Source of the DNA: Lobosporangium transversale
Taxonomy: Eukaryota
Direction: 5' to 3'
DNA: 64,000 nucleotides
Assembly (NCBI RefSeq): GCF_002105155.1
Contig: NW_019029001.1
Coordinates: 434,001-498,000 of the forward strand
The notes beneath the pieces are model-generated. The model was not told the origin of the DNA, made no database searches, and saw only the letters and a program-made list of their open reading frames with translations. This document shows, in pieces, positions 1-11,694 of the stretch. Position 1 is the first letter of the stretch, and every line of letters starts with the position of its first letter. The translations under genes were made by a program, and so were the position numbers.

Positions 1-24
1 CATTCTGGCTTAGACATCCGCGCC

Positions 25-460
25 TTTTTTTTTTAGATAATAAAGACCTTCAGGACTATAGAAAGTACTCTCTATATTCTATGGACAGACATTATAGACA
101 ATAAATAGCTATTGCTGCGCAAACAGCTCCGCCGCTGTAGCTATGATTTCACAAACTCTGATCGTCATGGTTGGTGCTCAAATTTCGTCTTTCCGACATG
201 ACCTGTAGCGCAACGCGACAGATAATCCACTGTTCATAGTCATCAAAAGGCTCATTTCACCTAACCGCCCCATCACATCTAGCTGGGTCTTCCCGAGTTG
301 CTATCCCGGACTTTACCGCCCGCAATCTTATAGATCTCTTTCACATCCAGTATCTGTCGTTGCCCAGGGGAAGGAACAAAGGGCCATTATTACTGCATCT
401 ATGCTCCCCAACGGTCTATTCAGGATCCATGGAGTAATACCTGTATACATTATTATAACC
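25..460 (-). mobile_element. Probable degenerate non-LTR retrotransposon 3' end (right boundary uncertain)
   Basis: Poly-T followed by AGATAATAAAGACCTTCAGGAC, resembling the (T)n-GATAAC-AAAGACCC.. LINE tails elsewhere in the window. Confidence 0.35.
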
Positions 461-809
461 ATAGAAAAAGCAAAGCCTGTCATTTGATGATTATATGGAC
501 TATTGCGTCAGAACCTTGAGAAGCAGAGCTTAACTGAAGCAGGATTCACTTGCCTAGGCTATTTCCACGATATGAGCCCCATTTTTCAATACTTTATGCA
601 ATGCCTCTTGAAGAAATGAATTTGGAATATCCGATAATTGCTATTTTTCACGACTTAGCCGACTTTCCCTAAGGGAAATCTTTTTTTCTTGCAATGTCAC
701 TGGCACATAATTACCACGACTGGTTTAAAAATTTTCTGAAGGCTCCAATGGGCTTTGACTATGTCTTTATTGTGTTCGTTCCACTGTTTTTATCAAGTTT
801 TGCAAAACT

Positions 810-1935
810 AATTTTGGAATAGAAAAAGATATTTGCACGGCTCCGTACACACCCTATTTACACTGCTCCCTCATACGAATTTATTTGTACGGGGTCTTTA
901 TTTCAGTCTTAAATACCACTACCAGGCCTTCCACGACACAAGCTCGATACCCAATCATTAAATATTGACCAGAATATTTATCTTATCGAGGTCGTACGTA
1001 GCCCAGAATAGATGTTGATATTCTTTATGCGATTCTGGGACTAAATAAAGAATTACAAACGATTTATCTATATGCCGCTTTACCTTGCACCTTTGTTGGC
1101 CGTATTCTTATAGGTTGTGGATGGTTCCCTGATGCTTTCTTTCATTTAGCGCGTGCATACATCTCTAGTGTTTCCGTATGCTATTAAGCACATAGCGATG
1201 ATTTTAGTAATTAGGGACCTCTAATATGTAGTTTGTTTCGATAGATATACAAACATATTCTTTGCTACGATGCATAGCGTGCCGTGTTGCTACTCTCTTT
1301 CTTTTCTCTTTCTTCTATATCTTTATCTCTGTCCTTCTTTATTAAGAGCTCAAGCGCCCTCGGTACTAAATTTTATTTATCAAATTCACCAAAATACAAT
1401 GGGTAGACTTCAGTTTATTTTGTGGAATGTCTATCCTCTCACCCGCTTGTAACCCGAGAGATTACTTATCTTTTGATAGTTGGTGACAGTTCGCACTCAA
1501 AGCCAATCTTGCCACAATTACCTATATCCCTATATCTAAATAGCTAAAATACTTTAATAGCATAACCGTGACTAATAGTGATAGAAAAGAGACATAAATA
1601 CTCTTTTCTGTTACGTTGATAAAGATCCTTAGTTTTGTCTCATTACATTCCAAGTTTGTTATCATGTTCAATCAGGGCTGATTTTTCATCAATAATAGGC
1701 AAAACTTGCCTTGGGTCGTCTTTAGCACGCAGTGTCGCATACTCAGCAGCACATGTAGATGCTTCATATTGTACAATCACCTGATAGAAAGTTTGGTCAA
1801 AAAAATAAAATTTTGAAATGGTTATGAAGAGAAGCACTGTCTTCAATCCTATTTCTTGCCATTTTCCCTCAGCATGTACTGCCCACAAACTTCAGTAATT
1901 ATCCACATTGGCCTCATTAATAAAAGCGCAAATTT
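810..1935. repeat. Arm 1 of a diverged long inverted repeat
   Basis: 965-1935 aligns by eye, with indels, to the reverse complement of ~3880-4928; 810-868 aligns to the reverse complement of ~10921-10984. Confidence 0.85.
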
Positions 1936-2736
1936 CCATCTTGGTTGGTGAAGTATTTTTGTATGTCACAAAGGAGATGTTTGTTAGAGACTCAAAATAA
2001 AAATAATAGACTTTCTTTCGGGTGACTGTAGAGCGGAATAGAGCCTGAAAAATATTTTGTAGATAGATAGTAAGCAGTAGAAAAGTATGTGAGAATAAGA
2101 TATAGGTCCACACACCCATGGGGTATTTATTCATTTTCTGATAGAGGGACTTATGCCAGGTAACTACGAATCTATCTGTAGGATGACATAGGTTCGTTCT
2201 AAAAACTTCATGTCAAATTTATCGCGTCGATGTGTGGCGCATTATTGCCACTAATTTCTACTGCTAATCGTTTTAGCGCATTAGGTTTTTTACTCAGTAT
2301 TTTTCCTAACTAGGCCATCATGATATTGCATACTGTGAAATATGCAACAGAACACGATGAGTATCGCAGCTCCCATGGCGCTGCAAGTTCCAACAGTAAT
2401 AATTCCAGCCTCCCCTCTACTCTAGACTCACCTTCGCTTATTTCCTTCGAAATAAAAAGCTAGAATCATGTAATCTGTAGGATACACGTTGCCGCTTGTA
2501 TATGAAATGAAGACCCCGTACAAATAGCTTCATCCTTTTGAAATGGTTGTCTAGATTGGTCACACATTATGCCTCATAACTACCAATATTAGCATTCGTC
2601 AGAAAGCGTAAAACCTACTTGAATAAGTTATGCTTCAGCGCCTGCCAGCGGCTCCAGATGGAGCGAACCCAATTGGGTTTGAAATGAGTGACTTTATCTA
2701 TGAGACTAATGGTGTCGACATGTCCATAAAAAACAC

Positions 2737-3396
2737 CCCGTGCAAATAACTTCATCCAAAAAGATTGCGGATTAATCTATTTGGCAGCCCAGTTGCTAAA
2801 TATTATTTGGCAGCCCATACCAAATATAGTAATTTTTGCCTCTATTTGGCAGCCTACTTCTGGGGGCTGCCACTTAACTTCGCACTCTTGGGTGGCAGCT
2901 GGGCTGCCAAATACAGACTTTTTTTTTTTTTTTTTTTTGATAACAGGGTCATAACATCAGTGGTAAAACAAGCAGCGTTCTGTGGATACATTGCCTTGCA
3001 CAGCTAATGCCGCCGGAGGTACTAAGGGCAGCGGCGATGACACCTTCACAAAACAGCCTTCAATGTACACGGTTAGGGAATGATTTATTGAAGACGTCTA
3101 GGTAGCAGGTGAGACGCGTTTGCTCCGAGCGAAAACCTCTCATAGGCATTGATCTCCAAATGGCACCTCCAAAACTGTATGAGCGACCTACTTGAAGACA
3201 ATGTCACTACACATAACTATGACGTAGAAGACGGGAGCTTTATTAATTTGAAGTATGAGTGTTATAAACATATACGGTTCCTAGGAATGAAAAAAAAAAA
3301 AAAAAAAAAAAAAAATAGTTAGAGGCCAAGTAAATAATGAATGTTATTTGGCAACTGGGCTGCCAAATAGATTAAGGATGAAGCTATTTGCACGGG
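2737..3396. mobile_element. MITE-like element with nested terminal inverted repeats
   Basis: Inner IR TTAATCTATTTGGCAGCCCAGTTGCTAAATA (2772-2802) / TATTTGGCAACTGGGCTGCCAAATAGATTAA (3345-3375); outer IR CCCGTGCAAATAACTTCATCC (2737-2757) / GGATGAAGCTATTTGCACGGG (3376-3396); internal TATTTGGCAGCC repeats. Confidence 0.7.
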
Positions 3397-3560
3397 CCCG
3401 TACACCCCTTATTTGTACGGCCCCCGTGCAAATAAATTTTTACTTATAAAAAAAATTATTTGCACTGCCCCGTACACACTCTATTTACACTGCTCCCCCC
3501 GTACAAATAAAAAAAAGTTATTTGCACGGGGGGTCTTTTTTTTATTTGCACGGGGTCTCT
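3385..3560. repeat. Array of TATTTG(C/T)ACGG motifs in both orientations
   Basis: Several direct and inverted copies; the same motif occurs at ~830-895, 2737-2748 and 10921-10970. Confidence 0.8.
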
Positions 3561-3879
3561 TTTTCATCTACAAGCAGCAACGTGTATCCTACAGACTACA
3601 TGATTCTGGCTTTATATAAATAAGTGGAGGTGAGTCTAGAGTAGAGAGGGGCCTGGAATTATTACTGGTGGAAGTTGCAGCGCCGTGGGAGCTGCCAAAC
3701 AGCTCATTTGTGACATACAAAAATACTACCATTAGACCCATATAGCGTATACGATGATTTAAATTACCACTCACGTGGGGCAGACAAGAACCCTCTCTTT
3801 GTCCTCCTTCTTAGTTGGTGCAATGTTTTAACCTAATTGATATAACTTACTATGTATGTAATATGGAGCTAAAGTTCAA

Positions 3880-4928
3880 TAAATTTACCCTTTTATTAAT
3901 GAGGCAATGTGGATAATCACTGAAGTTTTTGGGCAGTACAGGCTGAGGGAAAACGGCAAGAAATAAGATTGAAGACAGTGCTTCTCTTCATTACCATTTC
4001 AAGTGATTGTACAATATGAAGCTGGTCCTTTAGACGCAGTGAGCATCTACATGTGCTGCTGAGTATGCAATACTGCGTGCTAAAGACGAACCAAGGTAAG
4101 TTGGCTATGATAATAAACTTGGAATGTAATGAGACAAAACTAAGGATTGTTGCGATTAGCAGTCATTTATATGGGTTTTTACTATAGCTAAGGTTTTTAC
4201 CCTTTTTATTTAACGAAGATCCCTGGATCATAATAAAGACACCTTTCTTTCGTTCTCGCTACTTATTATGACCCTGGCATATTTCAATAACAGAAAAGAA
4301 TATTTATGTCTCTTTTCTATCACTATTAGTCACGGTTATGCTATTAAAGTATTTTAGCCACTTAGATATAGAGATATAGGTGATTGTGGCACGATCGGCT
4401 TTGAGTGCGAACTGTCACCAACTATCAAAAGACAAGTAATATCGGGTAAGAGGATAGATATTCCACAAAATAAGCTGAGGTCTACCCATTGTATTTTGAT
4501 GAATTTGATAAACAAAATAGTACCGAGGGCGCTTGAGTTCTTAATAAAGGACGACAGAGATAAGGACATCTAAGAGGAAAGAAAGAGACTAGTAACATGG
4601 CGCGCTATGCATCATAGCAATGAGTATGGTAGTATGATTGGTTGTACATCTACCGACACAAACTACACGTTAGAGATTCCTAATAACTGAATTCATCGTT
4701 GTGTGCTTAATAGTGTACGGAAATACCCAAGATGTATGCACGCGTTAAATGAAAGAAAGCATCGGGGAACCATAACAATGCAACCAACAAAAGTGCAAAG
4801 TAAAGCTGCATAGTATATTTCAACTATAGATAAATCATTTGTAATTCTGTATTTAGTCCCAGTCGCATAAAGAATGCCAACATCTACTCTGAGCTACATA
4901 CGAACTTGATAAGATATTCTGGTCAGTA
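3880..4928. repeat. Arm 2 of the diverged long inverted repeat
   Basis: Reverse complement of ~965-1935; homology stops abruptly at ~4928. Confidence 0.85.
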
Positions 4929-5221
4929 GCGTGCACAGGGTCACAAAATTTTTCCTGTGATCCTATATATGTCGTCACATGATATTTCAGTCCTCCCTTT
5001 TTGATTTCCATCTATCTATCCGTATCATTCTCTTATGGTGAGTTCCTTGCGTCAATATGAATCACAAATATAGCTATTCATTTATTATATTTTAAAATAA
5101 GAATCAAAAATGGATAACATTCTCTTCCTATTTGCAAGGCGCATTGTGGCTTTGCGCTATCGCCATCCTTTAAAATACTCGCTCCATTGAAACTATTGAA
5201 ACAAACAATCATAACACTACC

Positions 5222-7090
5222 ATGGCCACCGAAGTAACCCTCTTTTGCGTTATCGATGGAGATTCCTCCATATTCTCAGTGGATATCTCCTCTTCAAAAA
5301 CGATAGACCATCTCAAGGATGCCATCAAGAAAAAGCAGCTAGAGTTTCATGATATTAATGCAAGCAAGCTCACTCTCTGGCATGTCGCCATTTCTTCTAT
5401 CTCCAAGAAACCAATTACATTAAGCAATCTTACAGACGAGCAGAAGGCGCAGAAAAACCCAGAGAAGCTCGAAGATCCGACTAGCGAGGTCTCTGAGGTT
5501 TTTGGCGCTGTACCACCAAAAAAAACCATCCATGTCATTATTGAACGACCAGGTACTATTCCACTCTACTGGTATGCCTTTTTTTTTTGTCCACAGTTAA
5601 CTATGATTAAACAAGTCATACGCACTTTCTATTTGTATTCCTTTCTCCTAAGTTAAAAGTGAAGGGAATGAACCTATAATCGCAAGTCTACAGACGACGA
5701 ACGCAGATCTACAAAAGGAAATCGCCGACTTGAAGCAACGACTGCATACGAACGCAAATTTAGGAACGATGATCGTAACTTTAGAAACGACAATCGCAAA
5801 TTTAGAAACGATAATCATAAATTTACACAAGGAAATGACCGACCTGAGGCAACAAAAACTGCATATGGAAGCAGATTTAGAAATGGTACAAAAGAAAAAC
5901 GCCGAATTGGAGCAACAACTACAGGCGGACACATATACTAGTAAGTGATAATCAACAATAAGTGAGAATGTGGAATGGAAAGATGTCGAAAGGAACCATA
6001 GTGAAAGAGAGCTGACTTTGTTGTTATTCTAGCACTGAGCGTCGTGAACAAAAGAGATCGGAATAAGGTTATTTGCACATATTCCACCAATATTAAATCA
6101 GCTACTATAGGAAGCCTGCGAGAAAGCCTTCGAGATTATTGCTTGGAGTTTGAGGAGTTCGAGGAAGTCCAAATATTTGTGTACGATGAGGAAACGAAGA
6201 CATTTCCGTTGTTGAGAGACGACATTCAATTTCGTTCTATCTTGGAAAAACTTCAGCAAAAAAAGTGGAAAAGGCTCATTATATCTTTGGCTACCCCAGC
6301 CATTAGTTTTTCGTCATGGGACTGGAAAAAAGTTCAAGACACGTATAAATTACAATCGTTCATTGATCTACCAAAATTTGATCTCAAGCCCAAGGAGGAC
6401 TTGACAGAAGCTGAAGAGACAATATTGGGACATATTGTGGACGATTGCATTCGCAAAGGTAGAGCCTATGCATTTAATGCACAATCAAATGAGGCTACAA
6501 GATCAACAATTGTCGATGCATTCATGGTTGGAGCAGTATCGCTCTATGCGCCCGACATGATCCTTTCGCAACAACAGTCTTTGAAAGGCACGCGCGGCTA
6601 TGGGACTTTGGACTTTGCTGTTGTTGACTGTATCAATTCGGGACAATTTCTTGGCATTACGGAAGTGAAGAAGGACGATCATGTGCAAGGCCTTGCACAA
6701 AATATGGTACAGCTCGATGTAGCCTTGCACAATAGGAAACGAAAACGAACTGAGGAGGATGGAGATTGCCCTAGAGCCCTTAGGGCTTATGGAATCGTAA
6801 CCAACTCATTTCAATGGGCATTTGTTGAATCTACATTGGAAAATGGCACGCTAAAATACCGAAGGTTGGAACTGACTAAATCTTTAGAAGTGATAGGAGA
6901 AATGGAAGACGTGAGAGACAGATGCAAGCTTATATTTGGCTATGTCCTTACTCTTTTCGAATTAATGAAGAATGAAATGAGCACGAGAGGTAGTTTCAAC
7001 ATCGAATCTGACTCCCCAGCAACCAAAAAATCAAAATTTGATCAGTCATCAACAGCAACGATAACAACACCAATAACAACAACACAATGA
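5222..7090 (+). CDS. Crinkler (CRN)-like protein, ~558 aa: ubiquitin-like N-terminal domain, coiled coil and PD-(D/E)XK-like C-terminal domain
   Basis: Exons 5222-5552, 5653-5940 and 6033-7090 join in frame via GT-AG introns; motifs TLFCVIDG, TIDHLKDAIK, LTLWHV, HVIIERP; C-terminal GTLDFAVV..ITEVKKDD..QGLAQ. Confidence 0.85.
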
Positions 7091-7253
7091 TATCCGCTTA
7101 AAATAGCATACAGCAGTTTTGTAATAAATAATATTCCAATATCATCAGTTGGAAGCTTTCAAGTAAAATGGAGTGACACTTTAGAAGTGTCTAACGAAAC
7201 GCCTTCAACGGTGTGGTTTATTTTTATTTTAAAGAAATATATGTATAAACACA

Positions 7254-10200
7254 TTACTTAAAAGCTTTTTTTCTTTGTGCTCGACGCATCTTAATGTAGG
7301 AATTGTTGGAGCCAGCGTTGATGATAGCCTTGGAAACTGACGTCAGGGCATCAGCTTCCTTTTCCACTAACGTCATGCATGTTGATTTTGATATCTCTTC
7401 TAGCACAGCCTCAATTAGTTCCTTCTTGAATTGATACAACTTCCTTTTCTGTGCATCGAATCCTGAACGCCATTTTGCTCTTTTTTGGTCAGAGCTCTTA
7501 TTCAAAGCCCAGATCGAGGGCCGTCCATCGACACCATGGAACCATTCCTTCCATTGATCCTTGAGAAGCGCTGCTTGCGGAAGCATTTCGTGCGAGGACA
7601 GGGTTGTTCCAATCTGAACGTAGAGCATGGCGATCTGTTCTGCCAACTGGTCCAAATCAACTCTACCTTGCATACCAGACTGAGATTGAGGTTGAGATTG
7701 AGAGTGAGCTTGTCTTTGTTCTACAACTACTTCTTCTTCTCTTTCTCTCGCTCCGTCTACTTCATTGAAGAATGAATCCTCGCCTTGTAAAGGTGAAGAG
7801 GTGTTGGTAACGCTCGCTTGCTCATGAGCCGGCTCATGGCTAACCAGGTGCCCGTCTGTGTGCCCTTGCTCCGGGGTGAATGGGCTCCTCTGTCCTGCTC
7901 CACATCCCTGCTGTATCTGGAGATCGAACTCTCGTATTTGCTCTCTTTGGATTGATTTGATCTCAGATACAGTGTGGCCTATAGTTCTTCCTGCACCATT
8001 GAAGGCCCCCTCTATCCCTTGAGAGAGTGCCACTAGCTGACGATTGACACTTGACATATGCGTCCTGAATGAAGAAGTCAAGTTACAGTTAGATGTATCA
8101 ACGCGTTCTCGTGATCGTATGAAGTCATCAAGAGCTGAAAGCTGTGCTCCTAAAACATCAAGTTTCTGTGCTATTGCGGGAGCGTTTGCTGCAAGGCTAT
8201 CCATCGAGGGAGATCTTGCCTCACTCATTGTTTGGCGCAACTTTGCACTAAACTCTCCGAACTCTGGCGATTGAAAGACTGGCATCTGGCAGATATGGTG
8301 CATCCGGTAAATCTGGTAATAGCAATTAGCATTGTCGGTAATTTCCATAAGTACAGCCATATCCTGAAGAATAATCTTCCGAAAATGAGCAAGAATAATA
8401 TTAAAGCGTATTTTTGGTATTTCCTCCTTGCAATGGCTTGTTTGTTCCAAAAGGGGTCGATTGTAGTCCTCGGGGCGGTCCATCATGATATTCTCAATGC
8501 GCTGCTCCCAGTCTTTGTTTCCTTCAAACAGGTTCTCAATGAAAGGAAAAATCATTCTCTGAAGTTTGGGATCAGGAATAAGTGTGTTGCGAGGAAGCCA
8601 GAATTCCTCATCAGTTCGCGTGAAGCCTGCCATCGAATACGGAACAGCTCTTGGAACTGGATGTAGGTAATGGATCGCCAAGCGAGAATGAAGCCAATTG
8701 CCTTGCTGAGATATCTGGTCATGCGATGATCCATTGAGCATCGCGTGTTGTGCTCCAGCTTTGCGGCCCGCATGAGTAACTTTATCACTATGATGGCCTG
8801 CCTTATTCATAACCCCTTTCATAGCCCTAAGAGCAAGAAGTCGCGAGGAAGCGTCAATCCATCAATTACTATTGCACTACCATACAAAGCCATGTATACC
8901 CTGTACTTACTTGTAGAGTGAGGTTGAGGACATACGGGTTCTATCAGAAGCGCCGAAAATGAGGAAAGTTTCCATCCATTTGTCGTCATGAAAGTCAGGA
9001 ACGTTTTTTTTGTCCTACAGTCAAAAGTTACGAATAATAATAGATGTGAGCAATCGAATGTCGGTACAGCCCCGAAACATTAAACAGAAAAAGTATCAGG
9101 AACTAACCATCCATAGCTCTAATAGATAAAATCCTAAGGCACCTAAAGGACACAGCTCAACATCTTTATTGCGAATACAAGACGAATAGATAGTGAAGTC
9201 CTGATTTGTCTTGCCATGTGTAATCTCAAGAACAAGGGCAAAAGAAAGCTGGCGCCCATTCTCAGCCGTTGCATGGATATGTGGGAACAGGCTACTCAAT
9301 TTCGCATCAAGTAAATTTTGGCCACGAGCAATCAAAAAATGATTCAAGGCAAAGCTAACTCGGTCGCGAGCCCCAAGCAGCTTGTGAGTCTTAGCTCCAC
9401 CATTCAGAGGTTTGTAAGATCGAGTCCAACAAAGTTTCAAGAACTGCTTGAGTTGAGCTGGTGTGTATGCATTGTCGACCGACATTCGATATTGGTTCTT
9501 GAATTTATTGCTTTGTTGATACCTGCAGAACAGCAATTAGGGCAATTAGCAATATGCAATATTATATGTTTTAAAACAACATCCACTCCTTCAATTTTCA
9601 GGCCTCAAAGTTAAATAATACTACATTATGCTGCTGTCTACTCCTACCTTTTTCTGTATGATGAAATGATCCCTCTGAACTCGGCTGTACGTAGACTTGC
9701 CCATGGCTGGTTGCTAGGGTTGGGAACTAATGCTCGCTGAGACTGATAGAGCGATATGACCGACTTGACATATGCATCAACTGTCTCTGGAGAAGGGAGA
9801 TCACCTTCATAATCTATTGTGACGTTGACACGCAATGGCTTGATGCTATAGAAGTCGTCCTCCGCCTGTACTGATTCTTCTGCCACAAGTTCACGCACAT
9901 AGAGTAAGAATTTCTCGTATGTGACCATGTCTCCATCCATGAAATGCTTACGCTCGCACCAATCCTATATATATTATGGATCAATTAATTGCTACCAATA
10001 AACATTATTTTTTGCATTGCTCAACTACTATTCAAATAAGCTCACGCACCACCCAATGCCGTTGGTATTGTTGATAATGATACACTGTTCGACGTGCTAG
10101 GGATTTTTCACGATCCTTAGCTGCCTCCTGTAGGACCAACGTACAAGCTATTTTGTTATGGGTGGCATATGCTGTCTTGTTCGCCATGGATGCAACAACA

Positions 10201-10648
10201 TCAGCTCTGCTCGCAGCTGCTATAGGTTGACCTTTGCGTCGTTTAGGAGTTGCCGGGTTTTCTTGTAGCGTTATATGCCGCTTTTGGCTTTGAAGTCCTT
10301 GTTCCTGAAATTGGAATTGATCTTGGAATTGTACCTGAAATTGAATTTGATTTTGGAGTTGGGGCATGTGTATGTGTGAATCTAACTGTTGTCCTAAATA
10401 CTGACCAACATTCTGTGGTGATTCTAATTATAATTTCAAGAGTTCAAGAGTTATTATTTGGTTTTCTTTCTTTAAAGGATCAACAGCAAGCGACGACTAT
10501 TGTTTGTATATAATATAATGCTGAATAACGAATGTGCTCACCAAACCAGCCTTAGTCCGCCAGCGATAGAGAGCGATAGGCTACCTTGAAGAGGACTTCC
10601 TACACTATTCTGTGCATTGGTTGCATTAGATGTGAATAGCGCTTCCAT
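7254..10648 (-). CDS. Crypton-type tyrosine recombinase (Ndc10-domain-II-like) with C-terminal GCR1_C domain; first exon uncertain
   Basis: Exons ~10423-10050, 9964-9647, 9523-9108, ~9014-8911 and ~8826-7254 splice in frame; motifs ARGQN (R), HGKTNQ, THAGRKAGA (HxxR), GNW..LAIHY (W, Y); GCR1_C-like QWKEWFHGVDGRPSIWALN..KWR. Confidence 0.85.
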
Positions 10649-11011
10649 GTTATTTAATGCTGAGTGGTGGGGAATGAAGGGGTGGGTGAAGGGAGAAGTG
10701 ATAAAACAAGTTAAGAAAAATGTTTGCTTATCCCTCTCCATTAGTGCAAGTCATATGCGATGGCCTTTCCAAATTTACACATCTACACAAAAACGGTATT
10801 CAGGCTAAATCACGCTGGAGATCACATTCTATATATTTTGTCAATTTTTTATATTACTTTTCTTTGTGATTCAATAAAAAGAAACAAGGTTTGTGACCAC
10901 ATAATTTCAAAATACCAATTCAGTGCAAATAGATTTTTTAAATATTTGTACGGCCCCCGTGCAAATATCTTTTCTTAATCCAAAGATTGCTAGGATGCCT
11001 TAAGGCAAAAT

Positions 11012-11082
11012 TGAAAGTGCCGGGACTCGAACCCGGTTCTCAGGCTTGGAAGGCCGGAATGATACCCATATACTACACTTTC
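11012..11082 (-). tRNA. tRNA-Gly(TCC)
   Basis: Acceptor GAAAGTG/CACTTTC plus discriminator A, anticodon loop CT-TCC-AA, T arm CCGGG-TTCGAGT-CCCGG, downstream TTTT terminator; one mismatch in the anticodon stem. Confidence 0.85.
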
Positions 11083-11095
11083 TTGTAGTTGAAAG

Positions 11096-11654
11096 TGTCG
11101 TAAATGACGCCTATTCATTTACCTAAATATGTATTTCCTTTCAATTTATTTATTTCCTATCATCCTATTTTCTACCATTTTTAAATAGTATTTAAGTAGC
11201 TTTTTCCTTCACTGCAAAAACGGCATCTCTCTTCTTATTATCGATGCCCTTTTGCAGGTGAGTTTATCTTCATTATTCTCATTATGAATTCTCAGAAAAT
11301 TAGCAGTTATTAAAGATCTCTCTTCTTATTATCGATGCCCTTTTGCAGCATCCTCAAAATCATTCAAAGCATTACTTAGGATCACTATCGTATCCCAAAA
11401 CCACGAGGCTCTTGCCCAATTCTTCATTTTTCATCATTACCTACTAGTTTCCAGAGATCACTAGTAGATGCTCTACGACAAATGGTAGCAAAGGTTCTTT
11501 TAACCTCTAACGCGACCTAGTTACTACTCCATTATTATTCTTCTTGACACTTTTTGATTGTACATATTCATCCTTTTGTTGTGATCATATTACAAACTTT
11601 TTGCTTTTCCTCAACCAAATTCTTTACCTTCACCACACACTTTTATTTTTCGCG

Positions 11655-11694
<40 letters not shown>

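Larger units (their letters stand above)
4929..10920. mobile_element. Putative Crypton-like tyrosine-recombinase element carrying a Crinkler gene
   Basis: Interrupts the homology of repeat arm 2; holds convergent CRN and YR genes; subterminal 9-bp IR GGTCACAAA (4939-4947) / TTTGTGACC (10890-10898). Confidence 0.6.

Noticed and set aside
3385..3560. Short repeat array resembling CRISPR
   Set aside because: Mixed orientation, irregular spacing, eukaryotic context and no cas genes
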